Shown piece after piece: positions 26,945 through 36,410 of a DNA stretch of 64,000 nucleotides. The number at the start of each line of letters is the position of its first letter. Position 1 is the first letter of the stretch. Origin of the DNA: an uncultured bacterium. Lineage in GTDB: Bacteria > RBG-13-61-14 > DATKZS01. A program made the position numbers and the translations under genes. Under the pieces are notes generated by a model, which saw only the letters and a program-made list of their open reading frames with translations, was not told where the DNA came from and searched no databases. The stretch spans positions 6,182-70,181 of the forward strand of contig CAZYTX010000015.1 of the NCBI GenBank assembly GCA_964650485.1, read 5' to 3'.

Positions 26945-27739
26945 TCAACCCTTGAGGACCTTCATGGCCTGGTCCGCGCTCTTGCCCTGGTGCACGATGG
27001 CGCATGCGGCCGCGACCAGCTTCGCCGGGGTCTCGTGCTGGAAGGCGTTTCTCCCCATGGATAGCCCCGCGGCCCCGGCCTTGATGGCGCCCTCGACCAT
27101 CTTGAGGGTGTCCTCGTCCGACAGCTTGGACCCGCCTGCTATGACCACCGGCACCGGGCACCCCTCGACCACCGTCTTAAAGGACTCGGCAGAGCCGGTG
27201 TAAGGCACCTTGACCAGGTCCGCGCCCAGCTCCGCGCCCAGCCGCGCGGCTATCTTCACGTGCTCCACGTCTTTTTCGTCCTCGACCTTGGGACCGCGCG
27301 GGTACACCATGGAGAGGAGGGGCATACCCCAGAAGAGCGCGTCCTCGGCCACCCTGCCGAATGCCTCCAGCATCTCGCCCTCGTTCTCCGCGCCTATGTT
27401 CACGTGTATGGACACCGCGTCCGCGCCCAGTTGTATGGCCCTCTCCACCGAGCACACCAGCACCTTGCGGTTGGGGTCCGGGGAGAGGCTGGTGCTCCCG
27501 GACAGGTGCACGATGAGCCCTATGTCGCGGCCGTACTTCCTGTGGCCGGCGCCCACCATGCCCCCGTGCTCGACCACGGCGTTGGCGCCCCCCTCGGCCA
27601 CCTTTTCCACCGCCTCGGGAAGGTCTGTTAGACCCTTGATCGGCCCCACCGTGACCCCGTGGTCCATGGGCACGATCACGGTCTTGCCGGTCTCGCGGTT
27701 CATGATCCGCTCTTTGCGGATCTCCTTGCCTATACCCAT
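26945..27739 (-). CDS. aroA': 2-amino-3,7-dideoxy-D-threo-hept-6-ulosonate synthase (AroA', DhnA-type class I aldolase)
   Basis: [21 protein letters not shown] ... LVKVPYTGS ... VVIAGGSK is the DhnA/FbaB-family Schiff-base aldolase pattern. It sits directly upstream of aroB'. Confidence 0.65.
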   Translation of the reverse strand: MGIGKEIRKERIMNRETGKTVIVPMDHGVTVGPIKGLTDLPEAVEKVAEGGANAVVEHGGMVGAGHRKYGRDIGLIVHLSGSTSLSPDPNRKVLVCSVERAIQLGADAVSIHVNIGAENEGEMLEAFGRVAEDALFWGMPLLSMVYPRGPKVEDEKDVEHVKIAARLGAELGADLVKVPYTGSAESFKTVVEGCPVPVVIAGGSKLSDEDTLKMVEGAIKAGAAGLSMGRNAFQHETPAKLVAAACAIVHQGKSADQAMKVLKG

Positions 27740-27776
27740 TTGCTTATACCCCCTTCGGACGGAATATTATATCATA

Positions 27777-28511
27777 TTATTTAGCCAGCAGCGAGGCTGA
27801 CTCGTGGTCCAGGTAAACGAAGGCCCGGGGGTGCTTCTGCAGGATGGACGCGGGAACCTCGGGCGTGACCGGGCCCTCGATGAACGCCTTTGCAGCCTCG
27901 GCCTTCCTCTCCTCCGGGCACGAGCAAACAATGGAGTGCGACTTCATGATCTGACTTATTGACATGGACACCGCCTTTTCCGGGACCTGGTCAACGCTCT
28001 CGAACCAGCCTTCCTTGACCTGCTGCGAGCGGCTGTTCTCGTCCAGGCGGACGATAATGTATGGGTCCTCGGTCTCGAAGTCCGCGGGCGGGTCGTTGAA
28101 GGCCAGGTGCCCGTTCTCGCCCACGCCCACGAAAGCCACGTGCACCTCGGTCTTGCGCATGACATGGTTCAGCCGGCGGCACTCGGCTGCAGGGTCGTCA
28201 TCAGCGTTAATGTAGTCGAACTCGGCCACCGGCACCTGGTATACGAACTTCTCCTTCATGTACTTCCTGAAAGAAGCGGGGTGGTCCGCGGGTATTCCCG
28301 CGTACTCGTCCAGGTGGAAGCCCTTTACCAGGGACCACTCGATGCTGGGCAGACTGACAAGGGTCTCCAGCATCTTTAGCTGCGAGGTCCCGGAGGCCAG
28401 CACCACGTTGGCCCAGCCGTTGTCGGATAAGGCCTTTCTTATGAGGTCCGCCCCGTGCTCCGCGGCCTGTCTTCCGAGCTCGTCACCGTCTTTGCATATG
28501 GTTACTTTCAT
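27777..28511 (-). CDS. Glucosamine-6-phosphate deaminase / 6-phosphogluconolactonase family protein
   Basis: LASGTSQ...DEYAGIPADHPASFRKYM...VGVGENGHLAFNDPPADF match the NagB/Pgl superfamily motifs. Confidence 0.7.
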   Translation of the reverse strand: MKVTICKDGDELGRQAAEHGADLIRKALSDNGWANVVLASGTSQLKMLETLVSLPSIEWSLVKGFHLDEYAGIPADHPASFRKYMKEKFVYQVPVAEFDYINADDDPAAECRRLNHVMRKTEVHVAFVGVGENGHLAFNDPPADFETEDPYIIVRLDENSRSQQVKEGWFESVDQVPEKAVSMSISQIMKSHSIVCSCPEERKAEAAKAFIEGPVTPEVPASILQKHPRAFVYLDHESASLLAK

Positions 28512-28543
28512 CTCGGCCCGCTTTATATAATATAGCGCATGGG

Positions 28544-29890
28544 TCAGGTCACAGCCCTTGCCACCGCCTCGAAAAGCACCTCCAGCCCGAACCTGAAGCC
28601 GTCCACCGGTATGCGCTCGTCGTGTCCGTGCGCCAGGGCCGTGAGTGCCAGGTCAGGCGGCAGCTTTACAGGCGAGAAACCGTAGCACTTGATCCCGAGC
28701 TTCTTGTAGTGGGTGGCGTCTGTAAATGCGGTGACAAGGTTCGGCAGGACCACGGCCTCGGGGTCGTGTCTTTTTATGCACTGCTCCATCAATCCCAAAA
28801 CGGGGTCGTCCGCGGGTGCGTGAGTGGGGGTGAGCTGGTGCATGACCTCGATCTCAACCTCTTCTTTTATATGATCTCTCACCTCTGCCAGGTACTCCTC
28901 AATGGAGAAGCCCGGAAGTATCCTGCCGTCAACCTCGACCTCGGCAGTGCTCGGCACCACGTTGGTCTTCTCGCCCGCACGCAGCACCGTGGGGTTCGCG
29001 GTGTTGTGGAGCAGGGCCGAGAATGCCCGGGCCACCCCTTTGTCCGGGAATACCTTGTCCAGGATCAGGCCCGAGAGCGAAGGGTTCAAGAGCAGCTTGA
29101 ACACCACGCCCTTGGGGAAGCCGAGGTTGGGGGCCAGCTTGTGAACGAACCGCTCCACCGCCTCCACGTTGTGCTGGGGCAGCCTTTTCGCGCCCAGCAT
29201 GGCGGCGATGCGGGCGGCCTTTACGGGGGCGCTTTCCGGGTCGGGCATGGAGCCGTGTCCCGGCTCTCCCTTTGTTTTTATCTTGAACCAGCACACCCCC
29301 TTTTCCGCGGCCTGCACAAGGTAAAAGCGCATCCCCTCCATCTCCATGGAGAAGCCGCCTATCTCTCCGAAGGCGTACTCCGCTTTCACCTTGTCCGGGT
29401 GGTTGTCAACCATGAACTGCGAGCCGTGCTTTCCGCCGGCCTCCTCGTCCGACACCGCGCAGAAGATCAGGTCCCGCTTGAGTGGCGTCCCCGCCATTTT
29501 CATGAGCAGCATGCACATGAGGCTCATGGTCACCATATTCTTCATGTCCACCGCGCCCCTGCCCCAGATGAAGCCGTCCTTCTCCACCGCATCGAAAGCC
29601 GGCACGCTCCACTTGTCCTGCTCCACCCCCACCACGTCAAGGTGGCCGTGCAAAAGAAGCGGCGGCTTCTCTCCGGTCCCCTTGATGCGGCAGACCATGT
29701 TGGCCCGGTCAGGCGCGCTGTCGAAAACTCCTGGCTCGATCCCGTCCTTTGAAAGCACGTCCGCCAGGTACTCCGCGGCCGGCTTCTCGTTTCCGGGCGG
29801 GTTCACGGTGTTGAACCTCAGCAGGGTCTTGAAATGCTCCAGGGCTTCCTTGTGGGCCTCTTCCCAGTTAACCTCGTCCCAAACAGGCAT
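28544..29890 (-). CDS. M20 family metallopeptidase (ArgE/DapE/dipeptidase-like)
   Basis: LLLHGHLDVVGV...GRGAVDMKN...SDEEAGG are the M20 metal-binding motifs. Start at MPVWDEV (codon 34 of ORF 28544..29989). Confidence 0.75.
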   Translation of the reverse strand: MPVWDEVNWEEAHKEALEHFKTLLRFNTVNPPGNEKPAAEYLADVLSKDGIEPGVFDSAPDRANMVCRIKGTGEKPPLLLHGHLDVVGVEQDKWSVPAFDAVEKDGFIWGRGAVDMKNMVTMSLMCMLLMKMAGTPLKRDLIFCAVSDEEAGGKHGSQFMVDNHPDKVKAEYAFGEIGGFSMEMEGMRFYLVQAAEKGVCWFKIKTKGEPGHGSMPDPESAPVKAARIAAMLGAKRLPQHNVEAVERFVHKLAPNLGFPKGVVFKLLLNPSLSGLILDKVFPDKGVARAFSALLHNTANPTVLRAGEKTNVVPSTAEVEVDGRILPGFSIEEYLAEVRDHIKEEVEIEVMHQLTPTHAPADDPVLGLMEQCIKRHDPEAVVLPNLVTAFTDATHYKKLGIKCYGFSPVKLPPDLALTALAHGHDERIPVDGFRFGLEVLFEAVARAVT

Positions 29891-30043
29891 GGTATCCCCT
29901 CCGGCAGTAAAGGCTACATAAGATATATACCAGAATTCCGGCAAAGCCTCAAAAAGCTTTTGACTGGGGGCATGCAAAGAGGATAACATTAAAGAGAGTC
30001 TTAAATTTTTTTTCCGGGTGATTTCATCAAAAAGAAAAGAGCA

Positions 30044-31024
30044 GTGATTATAGCGGCCGTTGTTGTGGTGGTTGTCTTATCCCTTATTGCCTATTACCTC
30101 GTTATCGGGGATGGCGGTGGAGAGCAGGAGCTCTACAACGGTGTCTTAGAGGCCGCGGAGGTTGACCTCAAAGCCGAGGTCACGGGCAGGGTGTTGTCCA
30201 TGCCTGTGAAAGAGGGCCAAAGGGTGGAGCAGGGCCAGGTGGTGTGCGAGCTTGACCGGGAAAAGCTGGACCTCCAGCTCCGGGCCGCCCGTGCCGAGCT
30301 CCGGGCCCAGCAAGCGGTGCTGGCGGCCATGGAGGAGGGGGCCCGCTCTCAGGAGGTGGAGCAGGTGAGGCTTCTCCTGGAGCAGGCCCGCACCCAGCTT
30401 TCAGAGGCGGAGAAGAACTACGGGAGGATGGCCAGACTCCGGGCCGACAATGTCGTCTCCGAGGCTGAGCTGGACAGGGCCAGGACCGCGCGTGACCTTG
30501 CCCGTGACCAGGTGGGGCGGGCCGGGCAGCAATACGACCTCGTATTGAAGGGCGTGCGTGACGAGGAGTTGAAAGCGCAGCTCGCAAAGGTTGACGCCGT
30601 AGGCGCCAAGGTGGACCTCTACGAGATACAGGTGAAGGACGCGCTCATGGAGAGCCCCCTCTCCGGCAGGGTGGTGGAGCTCTTTGTTGAGCCTGGCGAG
30701 CTGGTGATGACCGGCGGACTGGTGATGACCCTTGCCGACTATCGCGTGATGGAGGTCAAGGTCTACGTTCCCGAGGACCGGGTGGGCCGCGTCTCTCTTG
30801 ACCAGGAGGCCGCGGTGATGGTGGACTCCTTTCCCGGCAAACAGCTTTCCGGCAGGGTGTCGCACAAGTCAAAAGAAGCGGAGTTCACCCCCAAGAGCGT
30901 GCAGACCAGGGAGGAGCGCACCACCCTGGTGTACGAGGTCACGGTCACGGTGGAAAACCCGGGGGAATGGGCTGTTGCCGGGCTTCCCGCGGACGTGAGG
31001 TTTATGCAAACAGGGGCCAAATAG
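30044..31024 (+). CDS. HlyD-family membrane fusion protein
   Basis: N-terminal TM IIAAVVVVVVLSLIAYYLV, then coiled coil and beta-barrel motifs (VVCELD..., GRVVELFVEPGELV, FTPKSVQTREERTTLVYEVTVTV). GTG start. Confidence 0.75.
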   Translation: MIIAAVVVVVVLSLIAYYLVIGDGGGEQELYNGVLEAAEVDLKAEVTGRVLSMPVKEGQRVEQGQVVCELDREKLDLQLRAARAELRAQQAVLAAMEEGARSQEVEQVRLLLEQARTQLSEAEKNYGRMARLRADNVVSEAELDRARTARDLARDQVGRAGQQYDLVLKGVRDEELKAQLAKVDAVGAKVDLYEIQVKDALMESPLSGRVVELFVEPGELVMTGGLVMTLADYRVMEVKVYVPEDRVGRVSLDQEAAVMVDSFPGKQLSGRVSHKSKEAEFTPKSVQTREERTTLVYEVTVTVENPGEWAVAGLPADVRFMQTGAK

Positions 31025-31057
31025 CATCTGCAATACTCCGCAATAAGATGTTTATTT

Positions 31058-31160
31058 CGCACAGAGACACAGAGATGCAGAGATTCGGAATTTTTATTGC
31101 GAGAAAAAATCTCTGAGATTTATTTCTCTTCTTCTGTGTCCTCTGTGCCTCTGTGCGAGA
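31058..31160. repeat. Inverted arrays of 8-bp direct repeats (CACAGAGA x3 ... ~55-bp AT-rich spacer ... TCTGTGYC x3 ending CTCTGTGCCTCTGTGCGA), copy 1
   Basis: Left arm CGCACAGAGACACAGAGATGCAGAGAT, right arm TCTGTGTCCTCTGTGCCTCTGTGCGAGA. It is flanked by T-rich runs and sits ~40 bp upstream of the ABC ATPase start. The 18-nt CTCTGTGCCTCTGTGCGA recurs identically at 58460-58477. Confidence 0.6.
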
Positions 31161-31203
31161 CAATTTTTTATGCCACCTATTTCGGGAGCGCGCCGGAAGA
31201 ATT

Positions 31204-32142
31204 ATGGAACTTGACGCGGACTCATACGCCATCCAGGTGAGCGGTCTCAGAAAGGAGTTCGGCCACCACGTGGCCGTGGCCGGGATAGACCTCGCCATCA
31301 ACAGGGGAGAGATATTCGGGTTCCTGGGACCCAACGGCGCCGGCAAGTCAACCACCATAAGGATGCTGTGCGGGCTTTTGCAGCCCACTTCCGGCCGGGG
31401 ACACGTGGCAGGGTTCGACATCCTTGACCAGGCCGAGAGCATCAAGAAGGTGATCGGCTACATGAGCCAGCACTTCGGTCTCTACCAGGACCTCACAGTG
31501 GAGGAGAACATCGAGTTCTACTCGGGCATCTACCTGGGCCGCGGGTCGAAGCAGGTGCGCGAGCGGCTGATCGAGGAGCTGGGCCTGACCCGGTACAGGA
31601 AGTTCCTTGCCGGGCAGCTCTCGGGCGGGTGGAAGCAGCGGCTGGCCCTTGCCTGCGCCATATCCCACGACCCCAGGGTGCTCTTCCTTGACGAGCCCAC
31701 CGCGGGCATAGACCCCATGAGCAGGAGGACATTGTGGGACTTCCTCTACGAGAAGTCGAGCCAGGGCGTGACCCTGTTCGTGACCACCCACTACATGGAC
31801 GAGGCCGAGCACTGCCACCGGCTGGGCTTTATCATGGAGGGCGAGCTCACCGCCTGCGCTTCCCCCTCGGAGATAAAGTCCAGGAAGATGAGCGGCGAGG
31901 TCATGACCTTGCGCACTGACATGAACAACGTAGCCTATACCCGCTTGCGAGAGCTCGCAGAGCTTGTGGACGTGAACATCTACGGGGACACCATCCACAT
32001 AGTGACCACGTCCGATGAGCAGGCCATGCCCCGGGTCGAGCGGGCGCTTTCAGACGCCGGGCTCCAGGTCCACGAGCTCAGGCGGATCGAGCCCACCATC
32101 GAGGACGTGTTCGTTTCCCTTTCCAAGGAGCGCTCGCTTTGA
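31204..32142 (+). CDS. ABC transporter ATP-binding protein (ABC-2 exporter type)
   Basis: Walker A GPNGAGKST, signature LSGGWKQRLALA, Walker B VLFLDEPTAGIDP. Start at MELDAD (ATG 31204). Confidence 0.85.
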   Translation: MELDADSYAIQVSGLRKEFGHHVAVAGIDLAINRGEIFGFLGPNGAGKSTTIRMLCGLLQPTSGRGHVAGFDILDQAESIKKVIGYMSQHFGLYQDLTVEENIEFYSGIYLGRGSKQVRERLIEELGLTRYRKFLAGQLSGGWKQRLALACAISHDPRVLFLDEPTAGIDPMSRRTLWDFLYEKSSQGVTLFVTTHYMDEAEHCHRLGFIMEGELTACASPSEIKSRKMSGEVMTLRTDMNNVAYTRLRELAELVDVNIYGDTIHIVTTSDEQAMPRVERALSDAGLQVHELRRIEPTIEDVFVSLSKERSL

Positions 32143-33266
32143 GGCGCATGCTTTTCCTGGTGCGCAAGGAGTTCATCCAGATTAGGCGGGACTGGCGCGC
32201 CCTGAGCCTCACCCTGGTGCTGCCGGTGGCCGTGCTCCTGCTTTTCGGGTACGCCATCACCCTTGACATAAAAGACATACCCATGGCCGTGGTTGACCGC
32301 TCGAACACGAAAGAGTCCCGGGAGCTGGCGCGAAGGTTCTCGGGCTCTGGCTACTTCGTGGTGAGCTACCGCGGCATGGAGGATGCGGCCAGGATGATGG
32401 AGGAGCGCGAGGTGTGGATGATCATGGTCATACCTCCCGGCTTCAGCCGGGACCTGGGCTCCGCGCATGCTTCCAAGGTGCAGCTCCTGGTTGACGGGTC
32501 CAACTCGAACTCCTCCACCATAGCGCTCGGCCACGCCCAGGGCGTGCTCCAGGAGTATGCCATGGACAAGACCCTGGGACCGGTGTTCAAGGCCGGCCTC
32601 CTGGATAAGTCGCAGTTCCCGCCCGTGCAGCTCCAGCCCAGGGTGCGCTTCAACCCCGAACTCGAAAGCACCACATTCATCGTGCCCGGGCTGGTGGCCA
32701 TCATCATGATGATCACGGTGGTGGTGCTCTCAGCCATGTCCGTGGTGAGGGAGCGCGAGCTTGGGACTCTCGAGACTATCATGGTCTCGCCTTTGCACGG
32801 CAACCAGTTCATACTGGGCAAGCTGATCCCCTACTTCTCCCTGGGCTTCGCCGACCTGTTTATAATACTGGGCGCGGGCGTACTCTTCTTCGGCGTGCCC
32901 TTCCGGGGCAGCGTATCTTTGTTGGTCGTCCTCTCGGGTCTGTTCATCGTGGGCGGCCTGGGCATGGGCCTTCTCATATCCACCCTGGCCGAGACCCAGC
33001 GCACCGCGTGGATGGCATCGCTCATAGCCACCCTGCTGCCCTCCATAATCCTTTCCGGGTTCATCTTCCCCATACGCTCGATGCCGGGTTGGCTGCAGGT
33101 GGTGACCTACGCCGTGCCGGTGAGGTACTACCTGGTGATAGTGAGGGGCATAGTGCTAAAAGGCGCAGGAGTAGTGGACCTGTGGCCCCAGGTCGCGGCC
33201 CTGGTCATATTCGCCAGCATAATGATAGCGCTGTCGGTGAACAGGTTCGCCAAAAGGCTTTCCTGA
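32139..33266 (+). CDS. ABC-2 family transporter permease
   Basis: 6 TM helices, N-terminal cytoplasmic region then a large first loop; typical ABC-2 membrane protein. ATGA overlap with the ATPase gene. Confidence 0.75.
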   Translation: MRRMLFLVRKEFIQIRRDWRALSLTLVLPVAVLLLFGYAITLDIKDIPMAVVDRSNTKESRELARRFSGSGYFVVSYRGMEDAARMMEEREVWMIMVIPPGFSRDLGSAHASKVQLLVDGSNSNSSTIALGHAQGVLQEYAMDKTLGPVFKAGLLDKSQFPPVQLQPRVRFNPELESTTFIVPGLVAIIMMITVVVLSAMSVVRERELGTLETIMVSPLHGNQFILGKLIPYFSLGFADLFIILGAGVLFFGVPFRGSVSLLVVLSGLFIVGGLGMGLLISTLAETQRTAWMASLIATLLPSIILSGFIFPIRSMPGWLQVVTYAVPVRYYLVIVRGIVLKGAGVVDLWPQVAALVIFASIMIALSVNRFAKRLS

Positions 33267-33436
33267 AACGCAGGCGCATGCAAAAATAACCGGGCGGGCT
33301 ATTCTCGGATGTCCCTCTCGGGACAATGATTGATTCATCATATTATTTTGTGACCTGCGAATAACTGTTAACTGATCAATGACCAGACATACCTGTCAAC
33401 TTGACCGCTCCCAGGCCATCCGATAAAACATGTAGC

Positions 33437-35425
33437 ATGGAAAAAGCCGGCAACATTGCCGAGATGACCGTCCGGGCCGTGGTGATTGGCGTGCTGGTGG
33501 GCGTGCTCTTCGGCGCGGCCAACGCCTACCTCGGCCTCAAGGTGGGGCTTACCGTTTCCGCGTCCATACCCGCGGCGGTGATGGCGGTGTCCATATTCCG
33601 GGCCCTGGCGCGCTCTCGCCTGGCCACCCCCGCGGGCATCCTCGAGAACAACATGGTGCAGACCGTGGGCTCTGCCGGCGAGTCCCTGGCCGCGGGCGTG
33701 ATCTTCACGGTGCCGGCCCTTATACTGCTCGGTTTTTCACCGGGGGTGCTCAAGATTTTCGTGCTGGGCTCTCTGGGCGGCGTGCTGGGCATCATCCTCA
33801 TGATCCCTCTGCGCCGCTACCTGATAGTGCGTGAGCACGGCAGGCTCATATACCCGGAGGGCACCGCGTGCGCGTCCGTGCTCTTTGCCGGCCGCGAGGG
33901 AGGCTCGGGCGGCGGACTGGTGTTCTCCGGCCTGGGTCTGGGCGCGGCGTACGAGTTCCTGGTAAGCGGCATGGGCCTCTGGAAGTCGCGTCCCGCCTGG
34001 GAACTGCCGAGGATACCCGCGGCCGAGGTGTCCGCGGACTCGTCGCCCGCTCTCCTGGGCGTGGGATTCGTGATAGGACCGCGGGTGGCCGCGATCATGT
34101 TCGGCGGCGGGGCCCTTGCCTGGCTGGTGTTCATACCCGCGATCAAGCTGTTCGGGGGACCGGGCGGGGGCACTGTGTTCCCGGCGCCCCTTCCCGTGTC
34201 CGAGCTGGGCGCGCACGAGCTCTGGCATCATTACGTGCGCTATATAGGAGCAGGCGCAGTGGCCTTCGGCGGGCTGGTGACTTTAGTGCGCTCTTTGCCG
34301 GTGATAGTGTCCAGCGCAGGCGAGGTCTTCCGGGGCCTGGTCCCCTCCGGCCGGGGGGCTTCGGTCAAGGACAAGGCTTTCCTGGACCTGCCCGGCCCGG
34401 TGATCATTTTCCTTCTCGCCTGCGTAGTGCTGCTCATGGCGCTCTTGCCGAAGTCAATGGCCCCTGGAGAGTGGAGCACCACCCTGCTGGCCCTGGTGTT
34501 CGCCTTCTTCTTCGCCGCGGTCAGCTCCAGGATAGTGGGCCTCATCGGGTCCAGCTCAAACCCGGTCTCGGGCATGACCATCGGGGCCCTGCTGCTCACC
34601 GCGCTGATATTCAAGCTGGCAGGCTGGACCGGGCCGGGACACCAGTCCGCGGCCCTGACAGTGGGCGCATTGGTGTGCATAAGCGCGGCCATTGCCGGGG
34701 ACACCAGCCAGGACCTGAAGACCGGGTACCTGGTGGGGGCAACCCCCTGGCGGCAGCAGGCCGGCGAGATCATCGGGGTGCTGACCTCGGCCGCGGTCAT
34801 CGGCCTGGTGGTGCTCCGGCTGCACAAGGCCTACGGCATAGGCTCGGAGGCCCTGCCCGCTCCCCAGGCCACCCTCATGTCCATGGTGGTGAGGGGCGTG
34901 CTCGCGGGAGACCTTCCCTGGGGACTGGTGTTCATAGGCGCGGCCGCGGCCGCGGTGGTCGAGCTGGTGGGTGTGCCTTCGCTCCCCTTTGCGGTGGGCC
35001 TTTATCTTCCGCTCTCCTTGACCACGCCCATTTTGGGAGGAGGATTCGTGAGGTGGCTCATAGAAAGGCGCGGCGCAGGAGAGGCAGAGGAGGATGGAAA
35101 AACAGCGGCCAAAGGCGATGAAAAAGCTGGGCATGAAGAGGAGGGCGCGGGCGGCGCCGACTCCCTGGTAAAGGAGCGGGGCGTGCTGTTCGCCTCCGGG
35201 TTGATAGGGGGCGCCGCGTTCGTGGGCATGGCCCTGGGTCTTTTGCGCTCGTTTATGGGGCCGGGGTCCTTACTGGATGCCATGGAGGTCGGGCCCGGCT
35301 GGGCCGGGCCGTGGCAGGACCCGGCCTCAGCACTCTTGCTGATACTGCTTGCGCTGGTGCTTTTCCTGGTAAGCAGGCGCAAGGATAAAAGCGGGGCCAT
35401 GCAAGGCAGCGGGCCTGGGCATTGA
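33437..35425 (+). CDS. OPT family oligopeptide transporter
   Basis: ~660 aa polytopic membrane protein. The N-terminal NIAEMTVRAVVIGVLVGVLFGAANAYLGLKVGLTVSASIPAAVMAV pattern is characteristic of the OPT superfamily. Confidence 0.6.
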   Translation: MEKAGNIAEMTVRAVVIGVLVGVLFGAANAYLGLKVGLTVSASIPAAVMAVSIFRALARSRLATPAGILENNMVQTVGSAGESLAAGVIFTVPALILLGFSPGVLKIFVLGSLGGVLGIILMIPLRRYLIVREHGRLIYPEGTACASVLFAGREGGSGGGLVFSGLGLGAAYEFLVSGMGLWKSRPAWELPRIPAAEVSADSSPALLGVGFVIGPRVAAIMFGGGALAWLVFIPAIKLFGGPGGGTVFPAPLPVSELGAHELWHHYVRYIGAGAVAFGGLVTLVRSLPVIVSSAGEVFRGLVPSGRGASVKDKAFLDLPGPVIIFLLACVVLLMALLPKSMAPGEWSTTLLALVFAFFFAAVSSRIVGLIGSSSNPVSGMTIGALLLTALIFKLAGWTGPGHQSAALTVGALVCISAAIAGDTSQDLKTGYLVGATPWRQQAGEIIGVLTSAAVIGLVVLRLHKAYGIGSEALPAPQATLMSMVVRGVLAGDLPWGLVFIGAAAAAVVELVGVPSLPFAVGLYLPLSLTTPILGGGFVRWLIERRGAGEAEEDGKTAAKGDEKAGHEEEGAGGADSLVKERGVLFASGLIGGAAFVGMALGLLRSFMGPGSLLDAMEVGPGWAGPWQDPASALLLILLALVLFLVSRRKDKSGAMQGSGPGH

Positions 35426-35478
35426 CCGCTCGCACGCTATGATTTAATATACGTGTTATAAGGAGGCCCGGAGAGGCG

Positions 35479-35853
35479 ATGAAACGAGTACTGGTGGTTG
35501 ATGACAGCCCCACCCTGGTAAGCGCGGCCTATGACGAGCTGGAGCAGAGGGGCTACGAGGTGGAGGTCGCCTATGACGGCAACAAGGCGATCGAGTACCT
35601 TTCGAAGAACCCGAACCTTATCCCCGACCTGATAGTCATGGACATCGAGATGCCCAAGATGCGGGGTGACGAGGCCGCCCGTAAAATCCGCGACAACCCC
35701 TCCTGGCGCCACATCCCTATTATCGCTTTGACCGCGACCAGCGCGGAGAGTATCGAGGACTGGGCAAGTCTTTTCGACAGCTACCTTGTAAAGCCTTTCG
35801 GGTTCGAGGAGATGCTTGAGCTGGTGGCCGAGATCATAGGCGGGCCCGGTTGA
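35479..35853 (+). CDS. Single-domain response regulator (CheY-like receiver)
   Basis: VLVVDDSPT...DLIVMDIEMPKMRGDE...PIIALTA...YLVKPF, with the phospho-acceptor Asp and conserved Lys. Confidence 0.8.
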   Translation: MKRVLVVDDSPTLVSAAYDELEQRGYEVEVAYDGNKAIEYLSKNPNLIPDLIVMDIEMPKMRGDEAARKIRDNPSWRHIPIIALTATSAESIEDWASLFDSYLVKPFGFEEMLELVAEIIGGPG

Positions 35854-35944
35854 AAGGTCAATCTATTTCACGCGCACTGTTACCTCGTTGTGCACCATGA
35901 ATTGGTACCTGCCTCCCGGGTAGGGCTTTCAAAACCGGGTTGCC

Positions 35945-36139
35945 TTATACTAATTCGTCGTCAAACGTATGGCAGTAATCCTCGGCAAAGAGATCAGCGA
36001 TTTCAGGAGCAGGCTTGCGCGGATGAGTCAACCAGATGGCAAGCCGCCTCTGATAGGCGTCCTTGCCGGGCGCTTCCCGCACCCACACCGCCAGTTCCTC
36101 GGGACTGAACCGGGGCTTGAGTTGAGCAGGTGGCAGCAT
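35945..36139 (-). CDS. Small hypothetical protein (64 aa) downstream of the glycyl radical enzyme
   Basis: Strong SD GGAGGTGA 4 nt upstream of the ATG, preceded by an AT-rich promoter-like stretch. Single Cys, no family recognised. Confidence 0.4.
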   Translation of the reverse strand: MLPPAQLKPRFSPEELAVWVREAPGKDAYQRRLAIWLTHPRKPAPEIADLFAEDYCHTFDDELV

Positions 36140-36410
36140 TTCTCACCTCCTGCCCTGATTTTATCATTAGGATATATTTAAGCTCAAACATATATTATCC
36201 ATGCATATGCCGGCATCGGAACCGCCGAGTCGGCGAGTGCTGCCACCCGGTTGTCTGCAACCGTGCGGGGCGTAGCCGGTCGCTCTTGTTCTATTTCTCC
36301 AACGCCGGGTCTGTATGCAAAGGGCACTCAAAAGCCTTGTGCCGCCTCTTTAAAAACCTGCGTGCGCCACCGGCTGATGCTGCCCCTCATTTGCTGATAT
36401 AACATTAATA

